A stretch of DNA of 39,056 nt. It comes from an uncultured Gemmatimonadaceae bacterium. GTDB lineage: Bacteria; Gemmatimonadota; Gemmatimonadetes; Longimicrobiales; RSA9. The translations under genes and the position numbers were made by a program. Location of the stretch: the NCBI GenBank assembly GCA_964391035.1, contig CAYMLW010000004.1, forward strand, positions 1 to 39,056, given 5' to 3'. The notes beneath the pieces are model-generated. The model did not search any database. It was not told the origin of the DNA and saw only the letters and a program-made list of their open reading frames with translations. Positions 19,423 through 27,510 of the stretch are shown in pieces (within the stretch, counting starts at the first letter, position 1; each line of letters starts with the position of its first letter).

Positions 19423-19935
19423 TTGGGCCAGCTCCACGAGTTCCGACAGTCCCTCGGGACAGGGTCCCTCGGCGAGACCCTGCTCGATGGGCTGTTCGGC
19501 TCGTGGTGGGACATCGAGCCCGTGTCGATGGACGACCAACGGCGCGGGCTCGACCGCGTGTTTACACGGGGCGACGAGCGCCTCGACGTGGAATACAAGA
19601 CCGACACCAAGGGCGCCGAGAGCGGCAACGTGTTCCTGGAGACCGTCAGCAACGACCGCTCCGGGAAATCCGGCTGGGCGCACTCGACCGAGGCCGACGC
19701 CGTGGCCTACTATCTCCACGAGGACGGCGGCGGCAGGGGCCTGGTGTTCGAGCCGGCAGAGCTGCGCAAGGCCCTCCACGGGTGGGTGCGCCGCTTCCGC
19801 ATCGTGACCGCCACCAACCTCGGCTACCACAGCTACGGCGTGCTCGTGCCCGCCAAGCTCGCCGCGACGATGGCGTCCGGGACCTTCGACCTGGCCGAGC
19901 GGAGCGCCGACGGGCTCCTCGGCCCGAGCCGCTGA
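19423..19935 (+). CDS. PD-(D/E)xK nuclease-like protein
   Basis: G..GE, RRGLD...DVEYKTD...SGNVFLE...GW..STEAD motifs. Probable TTG start at 19423; the longer ORF overlaps the amidase. Confidence 0.7.
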   Translation: MGQLHEFRQSLGTGSLGETLLDGLFGSWWDIEPVSMDDQRRGLDRVFTRGDERLDVEYKTDTKGAESGNVFLETVSNDRSGKSGWAHSTEADAVAYYLHEDGGGRGLVFEPAELRKALHGWVRRFRIVTATNLGYHSYGVLVPAKLAATMASGTFDLAERSADGLLGPSR

Positions 19936-20036
19936 GAGCCGCTCTAAGGCGTTGACACCCCCCCTTGGTACGACCATAGCGGGGGTGGTGTGAAATCGCC
20001 GTAGGCGAGCGCTAAGCCTGCTTAGAATGGAAGCTG
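19925..20036 (+). repeat. ~110-bp dispersed element, copy B
   Basis: CGAGCCGCTGAGAGCCGCTCTAAGGCGTTGACACCCCCCCTTGGTACGACCATAGCGGGGGT...AAATCGCCGTAGGCGAGCGCTAAGCCTGCTTAGAATGGAAGCTG. Confidence 0.9.
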
Positions 20037-20039
20037 ACG

Positions 20040-20621
20040 ATGGACGAGACCCCCAACCCCCACCCGCACGCCCTGGTCGCCCTCCACGGGTTCGCGAGAG
20101 CCGGGAAGGACACTGCCGCCCGTGGCCTCATCGAGGCCGACGGCTTCACCCGCGTGGCGTTCGCCGACGCCATCCGCGAGGCGCTGTACCAGGCCAACCC
20201 CTACGTCCCCTCGCTGCTCGGCGTCACCCACCTCCGGGACCTCGTGGACGAGTACGGCTGGGAGCAGGCCAAGGCCGACGCCGAGGTGCGCCGGCTGCTC
20301 CAGGAGGTCGGCCAGGCCATGCGTGACGTGGCCGGCGAGGACGTCTGGCTCCGCGCCGCACTCAAGCGCGCCCGCGAGGTCGACGGCCCGGTGGTGTTCA
20401 CCGACACCCGCTACCCGAACGAGGCGCAGGCGGTCCGCGCGCTCGGCGGCATCGTGCTGCGCATCGACCGTCCCGGCGTCGGGCCCGTCAACGGCCACGT
20501 CAGCGACCAGGGGCTCCCCCTCCACCTCATCGACGCGGTGGTCCCCAACACCGCGACCCCCGAGGCGCTGGCCTCGTTCGTGCGCGTGCTCGTGCACCGC
20601 CGTGGGCTACCTACTACCTGA
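20040..20621 (+). CDS. deoxynucleoside monophosphate kinase
   Basis: P-loop GFARAGKDT, FADAIR, GWEQAK...EVRRLLQ.VG..MR, VVFTDTRYPNE, HVSD motifs. Confidence 0.92.
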   Translation: MDETPNPHPHALVALHGFARAGKDTAARGLIEADGFTRVAFADAIREALYQANPYVPSLLGVTHLRDLVDEYGWEQAKADAEVRRLLQEVGQAMRDVAGEDVWLRAALKRAREVDGPVVFTDTRYPNEAQAVRALGGIVLRIDRPGVGPVNGHVSDQGLPLHLIDAVVPNTATPEALASFVRVLVHRRGLPTT

Positions 20622-20630
20622 GCGCAGCCT

Positions 20631-20740
20631 CTAGCTTCCACGCTAAGGGGGCTTAGCGCTCATCTACGGCGATTTTACCTAACCCCCGCTATGGTACTAC
20701 CAGAGGGGTGGTCGCGCCGCTTAGAACGCAATAGAGAGGC
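20631..20740 (-). repeat. ~110-bp dispersed element, copy C
   Basis: Reverse complement reads CTCTATTGCGTTCTAAGCGGCGCGACC...GGTAGTACCATAGCGGGGGT...AAATCGCCGTAGATGAGCGCTAAGCCCCCTTAGCGTGGAAGCTAG. Confidence 0.9.
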
Positions 20741-20762
20741 CCCCGGCGAGAGTGCCGGGGGC
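20739..20762. terminator. hairpin between convergent units
   Basis: GCCCCCGGC-GAGAGT-GCCGGGGGC. Confidence 0.6.
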
Positions 20763-20777
20763 TCGGTGTGGGCGGGG

Positions 20778-21149
20778 TCACTCGAAGTGTCCCCACTGGT
20801 GGAGCATTTCGACGGCCAGGCGCTCGGTGGCGTTCGCCTCCGCGCCGCCTCCAGTGCCGAGGGCGATGGGCACCCCGACCTCGGACACTGACACCCCGTG
20901 GTGCAGAGAGCTGGCGAGGTAGAGGGCGTCCATTTCGTGCGCCTCGGTCAGCGACGGGCTCTCTGCCCTGGCTGGCCAGACCTGGAGGTCCCGAGCTTCG
21001 AGTTCGAGGTCGAGTGCGCAAGCCTCGGGGTCGAGCCCGGTGAGGCTTAGCGACGCACCCTGGACAATCCTGGTGAGTCTCAGCGACGCACCCTGGACAA
21101 TCATGGTGCCGACGGCTGAGAGGGCGTGCAGGACGTGGCGTAGTCTCAT
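20778..21149 (-). CDS. hypothetical protein with an internal 11-aa duplication
   Basis: AAAGGA RBS; IVQGASL.LT twice. Confidence 0.65.
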   Translation of the reverse strand: MRLRHVLHALSAVGTMIVQGASLRLTRIVQGASLSLTGLDPEACALDLELEARDLQVWPARAESPSLTEAHEMDALYLASSLHHGVSVSEVGVPIALGTGGGAEANATERLAVEMLHQWGHFE

Positions 21150-21204
21150 CGTGCGTTCCTTTCGGTGGTGGGGAATAGCCCCGCCGGAGCGGGGCCGGGG
21201 GTGG

Positions 21205-21804
21205 TCAGCTCAGGTCCATCGGCCCGTGGCCGCCGGGGCAAATCGTCGGCCCGTAGGCTTCGAGCCACTTGCGCGTGGTCCGGGCGATGTAGCCGCAGGT
21301 TCCGCACTCCATCTTTTTCATCCGGGTGCTTTGCTTGCGACCCTGCGCGGTGGCCATCGTGAGCGTGGCGTGGGGGTACTCCCCTAGCTCGCGGGCCAGT
21401 GCGGTGAGCGCGTCGTGGAGCAGGCTGCCGGGCTCGGCGATGGTCGCCGTCGGCTTGCCGCCGAGGCCCCACGCCTTCATCGCGGTGACGAACGCTCCCC
21501 GGTGCCCGGTGCCCGTCGGCAGCGAGGCGTGGAGCACCTCGTGCAGGAGGACGTCGAGCACGCGGACCGGGTCGCCAAGCTCGGAGCTGACGAACAGGGT
21601 CCGGTTGCCGTCCTCGGTGCCGTAGTGGCACTGGCCGATGGCGCGGTTCGCGCCCTTCCGCGAGCCCGTCGGGAACCCGACGCTCACGTAGAGCTTCTCC
21701 GGGACCTCGATACCAGCGACCTCCTGGCTGATGTCGCGGAACGCCGTGATGGCGGCCTGTAGCCAACCTTCGCGGGTGGAGTAGTGGTGGGTGGTGGTTG
21801 TCAT
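21205..21804 (-). CDS. SprT-like zinc metalloprotease with C-terminal zinc ribbon
   Basis: GAGGAG RBS before ATG 21804; TREGWL, IGQC, LLHEVLHA...GHRGAF, KQSTRMKKMECGTCGY...CP.GH. Confidence 0.85.
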   Translation of the reverse strand: MTTTTHHYSTREGWLQAAITAFRDISQEVAGIEVPEKLYVSVGFPTGSRKGANRAIGQCHYGTEDGNRTLFVSSELGDPVRVLDVLLHEVLHASLPTGTGHRGAFVTAMKAWGLGGKPTATIAEPGSLLHDALTALARELGEYPHATLTMATAQGRKQSTRMKKMECGTCGYIARTTRKWLEAYGPTICPGGHGPMDLS

Positions 21805-21838
21805 TGGTGGCTCCTCGTGGTGGCTTGCTTCGCTCACG

Positions 21839-21869
21839 AGGGTAGGGGGGTGTTTACACTGTTTGTCAA
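21839..21869 (-). promoter_or_regulatory. candidate sigma70/SigA-type promoter
   Basis: TTGACA-N19-TACCCT upstream of the SprT-like gene; the spacer contains GTGTAAACAC. Confidence 0.45.
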
Positions 21870-21881
21870 GTCGAGGGTGTG

Positions 21882-22334
21882 TTATCGGCAATCGGGACAG
21901 TGCTTCGGCTTCCGGCCGCGCACGCGCTTGCGGGTGAACGTCCCACCGCACGCCTGGCACGTCAGCTCCTCGTGCCCCTCGGGCAGCTCCACCTCGGGGC
22001 GCTCCTGCCGTGGCGCCGGCAGCGCCTCGCCTTCGGCATCGGCCACGAGGTCGCCCCACCGCTGGTGCGCCGTCGTGGCGCCCTTGGGCAAGGCCCCCTT
22101 CCCGGTGCGCGCGCAGCTCGACGGGGTAGCGTAGGCGTGCTTCCCCTTGTGCTGGCCCGTGCGCCCCACGAGCATGAGGTCGACCTTCCCCGAGGCCCGC
22201 CGCAGCGTCTCGCGAAAGGTGTAGCGCCCGGAGCGCCCCTCGACCTTCACCTCATCGCCGGCCGTGAGCACCTTGCCGGTGCCGGAGCGGTACTCGTCGC
22301 GGACCTCGACCACGGGGTCGGGCTGAATGAACAT
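21882..22334 (-). CDS. hypothetical protein with C-terminal zinc ribbon
   Basis: AGGAGG RBS before ATG 22334; LTCQACGGTF...GRKPKHCPDCR. Confidence 0.75.
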   Translation of the reverse strand: MFIQPDPVVEVRDEYRSGTGKVLTAGDEVKVEGRSGRYTFRETLRRASGKVDLMLVGRTGQHKGKHAYATPSSCARTGKGALPKGATTAHQRWGDLVADAEGEALPAPRQERPEVELPEGHEELTCQACGGTFTRKRVRGRKPKHCPDCR

Positions 22335-22412
22335 TTGCGCCTCCTGGTGGTGAGAAATACTAGCCGGGTGTACCGTGCCTTCACCCCGATTTGCAATCTT
22401 GAGGAGCACCCG

Positions 22413-22643
22413 ATGACAAAGGCCGAACGCATCGAAGCGGTCATCGCGGCGCACGCCCGAGCTACGTCGACCCGCAGGGTGGCCGACCACGCCAGCGAGG
22501 TGGTCAAGCGCGAAATCGCGCAGGCCCTCGACAGCGGCGTGCTCGCCCCCGAGCTGGCCACCGAGCTTGGGCTGAGCGTCGTGCGCATCTATCAGCTCGC
22601 CCGCCAGGGCCGCGCCCTACTCGAAGCCGAGGAGCGAGAATGA
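22413..22643 (+). CDS. small helix-turn-helix DNA-binding protein
   Basis: GAGGAG RBS; GVLAPELATELGLSVVRIYQL HTH pattern. Confidence 0.8.
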   Translation: MTKAERIEAVIAAHARATSTRRVADHASEVVKREIAQALDSGVLAPELATELGLSVVRIYQLARQGRALLEAEERE

Positions 22644-22915
22644 CCACGCCGACCATCGCCCCGAACCCGACCTACGCCCCGCCGAAGGTGCCTGAGCGCA
22701 CTCGCCACCCCGACCGCACCCGCGACCGGGACCGGCTCGTGCACATCGTGGACGACCGCGACAAGGTCCGCGAGGCCATGCACTACGGCTTCCCCGTCAA
22801 GGCCCTGTGCGGCAAGCGGTGGGTCCCACGGCGGTGGAAGCCGCGCGGCGGCCTGCGCTGCCAGGTGTGCGCCGACATCGCCCGGCAGCGGTACCCCGTG
22901 GGCCCCGGAGAGTGA
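22640..22915 (+). CDS. DUF3039-like zinc-binding protein
   Basis: HIV...KV.EA...G.PV.ALCGK.WVP...CQVC pattern of the actinobacterial DUF3039 family, recalled rather than searched. Confidence 0.8.
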   Translation: MTTPTIAPNPTYAPPKVPERTRHPDRTRDRDRLVHIVDDRDKVREAMHYGFPVKALCGKRWVPRRWKPRGGLRCQVCADIARQRYPVGPGE

Positions 22916-22970
22916 CCAAATGACCTACCTTGCAACCGCCCAGGCCGTGTCAAGGTTGCCAAGTTGGTCG
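22913..22970. other. candidate attP of the serine integrase
   Basis: 58-bp imperfect inverted repeat (19 of 28 positions symmetric) around an asymmetric central CA at 22941-22942, abutting the integrase stop between convergent genes. Confidence 0.7.
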
Positions 22971-24428
22971 TCAATCCACCGCCAGCGCAGCGTGACGCGC
23001 TCTCGAAGGGGTGTGGCGCGGGCCGCGCCCCTTCGATTTCGCCACCTCGACCCGCTCCAGGAAATAGAGGGCGATGGTTCGGCGCTCCCTGGTGGTCAGT
23101 CCCGCCCACCGCTCGGGCAGGTCGTCGGCGAGGGTGCCGGGACGCTCGTGCAGTGGCGCCCGGAGGGCTTCGAGCTGGCCGAGCGCAGCGTCGAGTCGGC
23201 CCTGCGCGCGCTCGATGGCCTGGCGCCAAGAGGCCAGGGCGTCGGGGCCCTCGTAGAGCCCGTCCAGACGCTCCTCGTGGAGCTGCGCGATGAGGTCGCG
23301 GTACCGCCCCACCTCGGCCTCCACCTCGCGCGCGCGCTCGCTGGCGTCGCTCTCGATGGCCAGCTTGGCGGCGAGCCGGGGCTCGATGTCGGTGAGGATG
23401 GCCTCCCCCACGTAGGCGTCGAGCCCGCCCATGCGCACCGCTGAGCCGGGGCACTCCCCCGCACGCTTCTGGCACACGTAGCTCTGCGCCTGCGCCGACC
23501 GCATCGCGGTCATCGGGCCACCGCACTCCCCGCACCGCACGAGCCCCGCGAGCATGGACTCGTTCTGGCTGCGGCGCACGCCCCCGGTGCGGCGCCCTCG
23601 ACGGTCCAGTTCCTCGATGAGCGCGCGCCACCGCTCGGGGGCGAGCACGGGCTCGTCGGCGACCGTCACCGGCAGGCCGTCCTCATCGCGCACGAGGTCG
23701 TGGTGCTCCTGGCCGTGGGGGCGGTGGCTGCGGTAGCCGGCGAGGACCGGCTTGCGCAGGAGCTTCGAGAGGTTGGCCTGCTGCCACTCGCGCCCGGTGC
23801 GGGTCCGCTCTCCGCGCTCGTTCCAGGAGGTCAGCACGGCGCGCGTGGACTCCCCCGCCAGGACCCGGTCGGCCAGCTCGCGCAGGAGGGCTGCCTCGAC
23901 GGGCTCGATGGCCAGCCGCTTGTGCCCCTCGACCTCGATGAGCCGGTACCCGTAAGGCGCCTGGCCCCCGGTCCAGAAGCCACCCCGCCGAAGGTGCGCC
24001 TGCGCGCTCGACACTCGCGTGGACGTGTTCGCGCTCTCCTGCTCGGCCTGCGCCGCGACGAACCCCGCGATGGCCTGGCCAATCGGGGTCGAGGTGTCCA
24101 GCGACTCGCTCGTGGAGACCAGCTCGACGTCGGCCTCGCTGAGCCGGCCCATGAGCCCCACGAGGTCGGTGAACCGACGGTAGAGGCGGTCGAGGCGCCA
24201 GACCACGAGGACATCGTAGGCGTCGAGGCTGGCGAGCATCCGCTCATAGGCCGGGCGCGTGACGCCGCGCTGATAGCCGCTGAGGTCCGAGTCCACGTAG
24301 AGGTCGTCGGCCTCGACAAACGAAAGCCCCCGAGCCTCGATGGCCCGGAGGCACTCGTTCCGCTGCCGCTCGACCGAGGTGCTGGCCTCGGTCTCGCGAC
24401 TGAGCCGAACGTAGGCGGCGGCGCGCAC
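22971..24428 (-). CDS. int: large serine recombinase (integrase)
   Basis: YVRLS catalytic motif, SVERQ, DLSG...RP, WRLDRL, PYGY recombinase domain, LAGLVRCGECG...YVC...C zinc ribbon, coiled coil. Confidence 0.97.
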   Translation of the reverse strand: MRAAAYVRLSRETEASTSVERQRNECLRAIEARGLSFVEADDLYVDSDLSGYQRGVTRPAYERMLASLDAYDVLVVWRLDRLYRRFTDLVGLMGRLSEADVELVSTSESLDTSTPIGQAIAGFVAAQAEQESANTSTRVSSAQAHLRRGGFWTGGQAPYGYRLIEVEGHKRLAIEPVEAALLRELADRVLAGESTRAVLTSWNERGERTRTGREWQQANLSKLLRKPVLAGYRSHRPHGQEHHDLVRDEDGLPVTVADEPVLAPERWRALIEELDRRGRRTGGVRRSQNESMLAGLVRCGECGGPMTAMRSAQAQSYVCQKRAGECPGSAVRMGGLDAYVGEAILTDIEPRLAAKLAIESDASERAREVEAEVGRYRDLIAQLHEERLDGLYEGPDALASWRQAIERAQGRLDAALGQLEALRAPLHERPGTLADDLPERWAGLTTRERRTIALYFLERVEVAKSKGRGPRHTPSRARHAALAVD

Positions 24429-24429
24429 G

Positions 24430-24600
24430 TCAGGCCGCCGCGACGATGTTTACACGGTCCGAGGAGAACGGCTTGCCGCGCTGGCCCTTGGTCACCTCGA
24501 TACGGTCGATGGTCCCTCGCGCCAGGGCGCGCCACTCATCCTCGGTGAGCCGGGTCCACGGGAGCTTCCCGCTCCGGGCGCGCTCCAGGACGACGGGCAA
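24430..24600 (-). CDS. 56-aa protein resembling the C-terminal segment of a large serine integrase
   Basis: GGAGA RBS then TTG at 24600; stop 1 nt before the integrase GTG; WTRLTEDEWRALARGTIDRIEVTKGQRGKPFSSDRVNIVAAA. Confidence 0.6.
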   Translation of the reverse strand: MPVVLERARSGKLPWTRLTEDEWRALARGTIDRIEVTKGQRGKPFSSDRVNIVAAA

Positions 24601-24756
24601 GGGCGAGGTCTCCAGACCGGGGCGGGTTTGGCAAGAGGGTGTGAAAAGTGTGGCACTATTTCCCACCATCACACAACGGGTGTTTGCATCCGGCGGGGGC
24701 CTCGGTACGGTTGGCCCCACGCCAACAAGCCAAGCGGAGAAAGGCACCCCCGCTCC

Positions 24757-24903
24757 ATGTCGCTATCACCCGAGGACCGCGCAGCGGCCAGGGCAGAAGG
24801 ACTCGCTGCACAGAGAGCGAGCGAACCACCGCAGCGCGTTATCGACCTCACCGCCCACCTACTACGCCGGGCGCGCGAGCGCCAGGAGGAAACGAACGCA
24901 TGA
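24757..24903 (+). CDS. small helical protein, possible recombination directionality factor
   Basis: First rightward gene divergent from int; 48 aa; ATGA overlap with the next gene. Function inferred from position only. Confidence 0.55.
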   Translation: MSLSPEDRAAARAEGLAAQRASEPPQRVIDLTAHLLRRARERQEETNA

Positions 24904-25910
24904 CGAGCCCAAAAAACGCACGCTCAAGGTCTGGACGAGTGTACGTCTGGCCACCTGAACCACCCTTCGAGTTGGAGGTGCCCAACGTCACCGGCATCAT
25001 CAGCGGCGGCCTGCCCAAGCCGTTCCTCAAGGGCTGGGCCGCCCGCGAGGTGGCGACCGCCGCCGTCACGCGCCCCGGCGCCTGGCGGGCCATCCAGGAG
25101 AATGAGGGCGACGCCGCCGCCATCGACTACCTCAAAGGTGCGCCCTACCGGCACACCCGCAAGCGCGCCGACGTCGGGACCGAGGTGCACGACGTCATCG
25201 AGCGTCGCATCAAGGGCCAGCACGACCCCGAGGACGTCTCCGAGGAGGCCAAGGGGTTCCTGCGCGGCTACGAGCGCTTCGAGCGCGAGTGGCGCCCAAC
25301 CTTCGAGCACGCCGAGGTGACCATCTACTCCCGGCTCTGGGAGTATGCCGGGACCGCTGACGGTGTCGCCACGCTGGGCGCCCGCCCCGACCTCGGCCGG
25401 GTCATCGTGGACTGGAAAACCTCGAAGGCCCTCTACGCCGACAACGCCATGCAGCTCACCGCGCTCGCCAAGGGCGATTTCATCGCCGTGGAGCGCGACG
25501 GCAAGTGGTACGAGGAGCCCATCGTCGGCACCATCGACAACGGGCTGCTCGTGCGCTTCACCGCCAACGGTGAGTACGAGGTGCGCATCGTGCCCGTCAC
25601 CGACGCGATTTTCGGCACCTTCCTGGCCTGCAAGCGCGTAGCCCGGTGGGACCGCGAAATCGCCCCCACCGCCCTGAGCGAGCCCATCATCCTCGACGGG
25701 GCCGCGCCGCAGCTCACGCACGTCGAGAGCCCGGCGGTCCACGAGGCCCTGGCCTGGCTCCGCGACAACGGCCCGGCCACGCTGGGGCAGGTCGCCGAGG
25801 CGCTGGACATCACCGAACGCGCAGCCAAGGGCCGCCTGCGCAAGGGCTGGCGCGACCACCGGCTCGTGCAGTACGACGACGCGACCGAGCTGTTCTCCTA
25901 TGCCGAGTGA
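24900..25910 (+). CDS. PD-(D/E)xK (Cas4/RecE-like) exonuclease with C-terminal winged helix
   Basis: PNVTGI...LPKPFL..WAA, GTEVH, YAGTAD, IVDWKTS, QL.A motifs; C-terminal GPATLGQVAEALDIT HTH. Confidence 0.9.
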   Translation: MTSPKNARSRSGRVYVWPPEPPFELEVPNVTGIISGGLPKPFLKGWAAREVATAAVTRPGAWRAIQENEGDAAAIDYLKGAPYRHTRKRADVGTEVHDVIERRIKGQHDPEDVSEEAKGFLRGYERFEREWRPTFEHAEVTIYSRLWEYAGTADGVATLGARPDLGRVIVDWKTSKALYADNAMQLTALAKGDFIAVERDGKWYEEPIVGTIDNGLLVRFTANGEYEVRIVPVTDAIFGTFLACKRVARWDREIAPTALSEPIILDGAAPQLTHVESPAVHEALAWLRDNGPATLGQVAEALDITERAAKGRLRKGWRDHRLVQYDDATELFSYAE

Positions 25911-26388
25911 TTTCTCACCATCCGACAGGCACAAGCGACGCGGGGCCAAGGTCTATGCCAAGCTCATCGAGCTGTTTACACCGGCCGAGGTCTCGCCATC
26001 ATGGTGCCCGTCGTGCCAGCGCCAGGTGCGCACCCGCGCCAGCGAGAGCCAAGCGCTCGAAAACGGCGTGCGGCACCGCCGCCGCGCCTGCACCGAGTGC
26101 GGCGACGCCTGGTTTACCGCCGAGGTGTCCCGCGACGCTCTCCTGTCCCTGACCGAGCGCCTGGATGACGCCGAGACCGAGCTGGCCGACGCCCACTCCG
26201 CAGACCTCCAGGGGGCGGTCGATGGCATTCGCCACGCACTGCGCTCCTTGGAGGGCCCCCTCCGCAAGCAACCCACCCAAAGGACCGACCATGCACCCGC
26301 AAATGCGCGACCCTCGAAGGGCCCCAAGGCACGGTCGCCCCGCCGGGCCACGCCCATCGCGCCGCCTGGGCGCGCGAGCGACGGCTGA
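25900..26388 (+). CDS. NrdR-like zinc-ribbon protein
   Basis: CPSC...ES.......RRRACTECG..WFTAE resembles the NrdR N-terminal zinc ribbon; followed by a coiled coil, with no ATP cone seen. Confidence 0.7.
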   Translation: MPSDFSPSDRHKRRGAKVYAKLIELFTPAEVSPSWCPSCQRQVRTRASESQALENGVRHRRRACTECGDAWFTAEVSRDALLSLTERLDDAETELADAHSADLQGAVDGIRHALRSLEGPLRKQPTQRTDHAPANARPSKGPKARSPRRATPIAPPGRASDG

Positions 26389-26566
26389 CCGGCTGGAGAC
26401 CCTGGCCCGAAGCGTCGAGACCGCCGACTCGCTCGACCGTGCACGCGCGACGGCCGACGCCCTGCGCAACCTCGCCTCGATGCTGCGCGAGCAGCCGGAA
26501 CCGACCGACGAGGTGCGCGTCACCGGAACGGCCATCGACCGCACCGGGAGGTGGGCCCGTGGCTAA
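26291..26566 (+). CDS. hypothetical protein
   Basis: AAAGGA RBS before ATG 26291; overlaps the previous ORF, so the 5' end is uncertain. Confidence 0.5.
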   Translation: MHPQMRDPRRAPRHGRPAGPRPSRRLGARATADRLETLARSVETADSLDRARATADALRNLASMLREQPEPTDEVRVTGTAIDRTGRWARG

Positions 26567-27056
26567 TCCGGCCGGCGCCAAGGGGCGCGAGAAAGAGAAC
26601 GCCGTGGCCGGCGTCTACCGTGCGGCCGGCTTCCCCGAGGCCAAGCGCAAGCGGCAGACCGGGGCGCTCGATGAGGGGGACCTCGGCGGCATCCCCGACC
26701 TGACGGTCGAGGTGAAGTACGCCGGCCCCGGCAAGCCCCTCAACCTCGGCGTTGCGGTCGATGAGGCCGTGGCCGAGGCACGCAACGCCGGCACCTCCCA
26801 CTACGTCGCGGCGGTCCACCGGGCACGCAAGAGCGCGGCAGACACCTACGCCGTGCGGCGCCTGGAGGACGACGCTCGCCTGTACCGCGAGCTGGTCACC
26901 CTGCGCGAGACCGCCGAGTCCACCCACTACCTGCTCGCCGCCGCTCGACGCGCGGAGCGCGAGCTGTCCGACGCCTCCATGCTGGAGCTGGCCTACGCCA
27001 TCCGCCTGGCTACCTCGAAGCTAGAGGAAATCACACCACCAGAGGAGCAAGCATGA
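26559..27056 (+). CDS. Holliday junction resolvase-like nuclease
   Basis: GGGAGG RBS, GTG start; ANP...KG...E, G..DEGDL.G...TVEVK, EA..EARNA motifs. Confidence 0.85.
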   Translation: MANPAGAKGREKENAVAGVYRAAGFPEAKRKRQTGALDEGDLGGIPDLTVEVKYAGPGKPLNLGVAVDEAVAEARNAGTSHYVAAVHRARKSAADTYAVRRLEDDARLYRELVTLRETAESTHYLLAAARRAERELSDASMLELAYAIRLATSKLEEITPPEEQA

Positions 27057-27304
27057 GCCCCGTTGACGTCGACCCACGACTCAGCATCGACCCCGTCCAC
27101 TCTCCGCTCGGGCGGTCGACCATCTACAAGGTCCACACCGCCGACACGAACGGCGAGCGGGTTTACACGGTCACCGAGGATAACGTGCCCGTCGAGGACC
27201 ACCTCACGCTCGACGCCGCCGTCAAGCGCGCCGAGGAGTACGAGGCGCAGCGGCGCCGGGTCATCCACGGCCAGCGTGCGCGGGGCCAGGAGGTGCTCGC
27301 ATGA
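27053..27304 (+). CDS. hypothetical protein
   Basis: GAGGAG RBS, ATGA overlap. Confidence 0.7.
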   Translation: MSPVDVDPRLSIDPVHSPLGRSTIYKVHTADTNGERVYTVTEDNVPVEDHLTLDAAVKRAEEYEAQRRRVIHGQRARGQEVLA

Positions 27305-27510
27305 GGGCCCGTGAAGCCAAAGCGGCACTGGCCCGCCTACCCCTGACCGCCGACGGTCACGAGCGCGGCCGAGCGCTCATCGACACGCTGCACAAGAGCG
27401 GCGACCGGGTCTCGGCCGTGCGCGCGAACAGCTCCCCAAGGGGCGGCGTGCGCATCGAGTCCAGCTCGGCGCTCGTCATCATCAAGGGCGAGGACCGCAA
27501 TGGCACGTAG
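27301..27510 (+). CDS. hypothetical protein
   Basis: AGGAGG RBS, ATGA overlap. Confidence 0.65.
   Translation: MRAREAKAALARLPLTADGHERGRALIDTLHKSGDRVSAVRANSSPRGGVRIESSSALVIIKGEDRNGT

Noticed and set aside
24900-25910. CRISPR-associated role for the Cas4-like nuclease
   Set aside because: It sits in the replication/recombination module, where such exonucleases are routine in actinophages.
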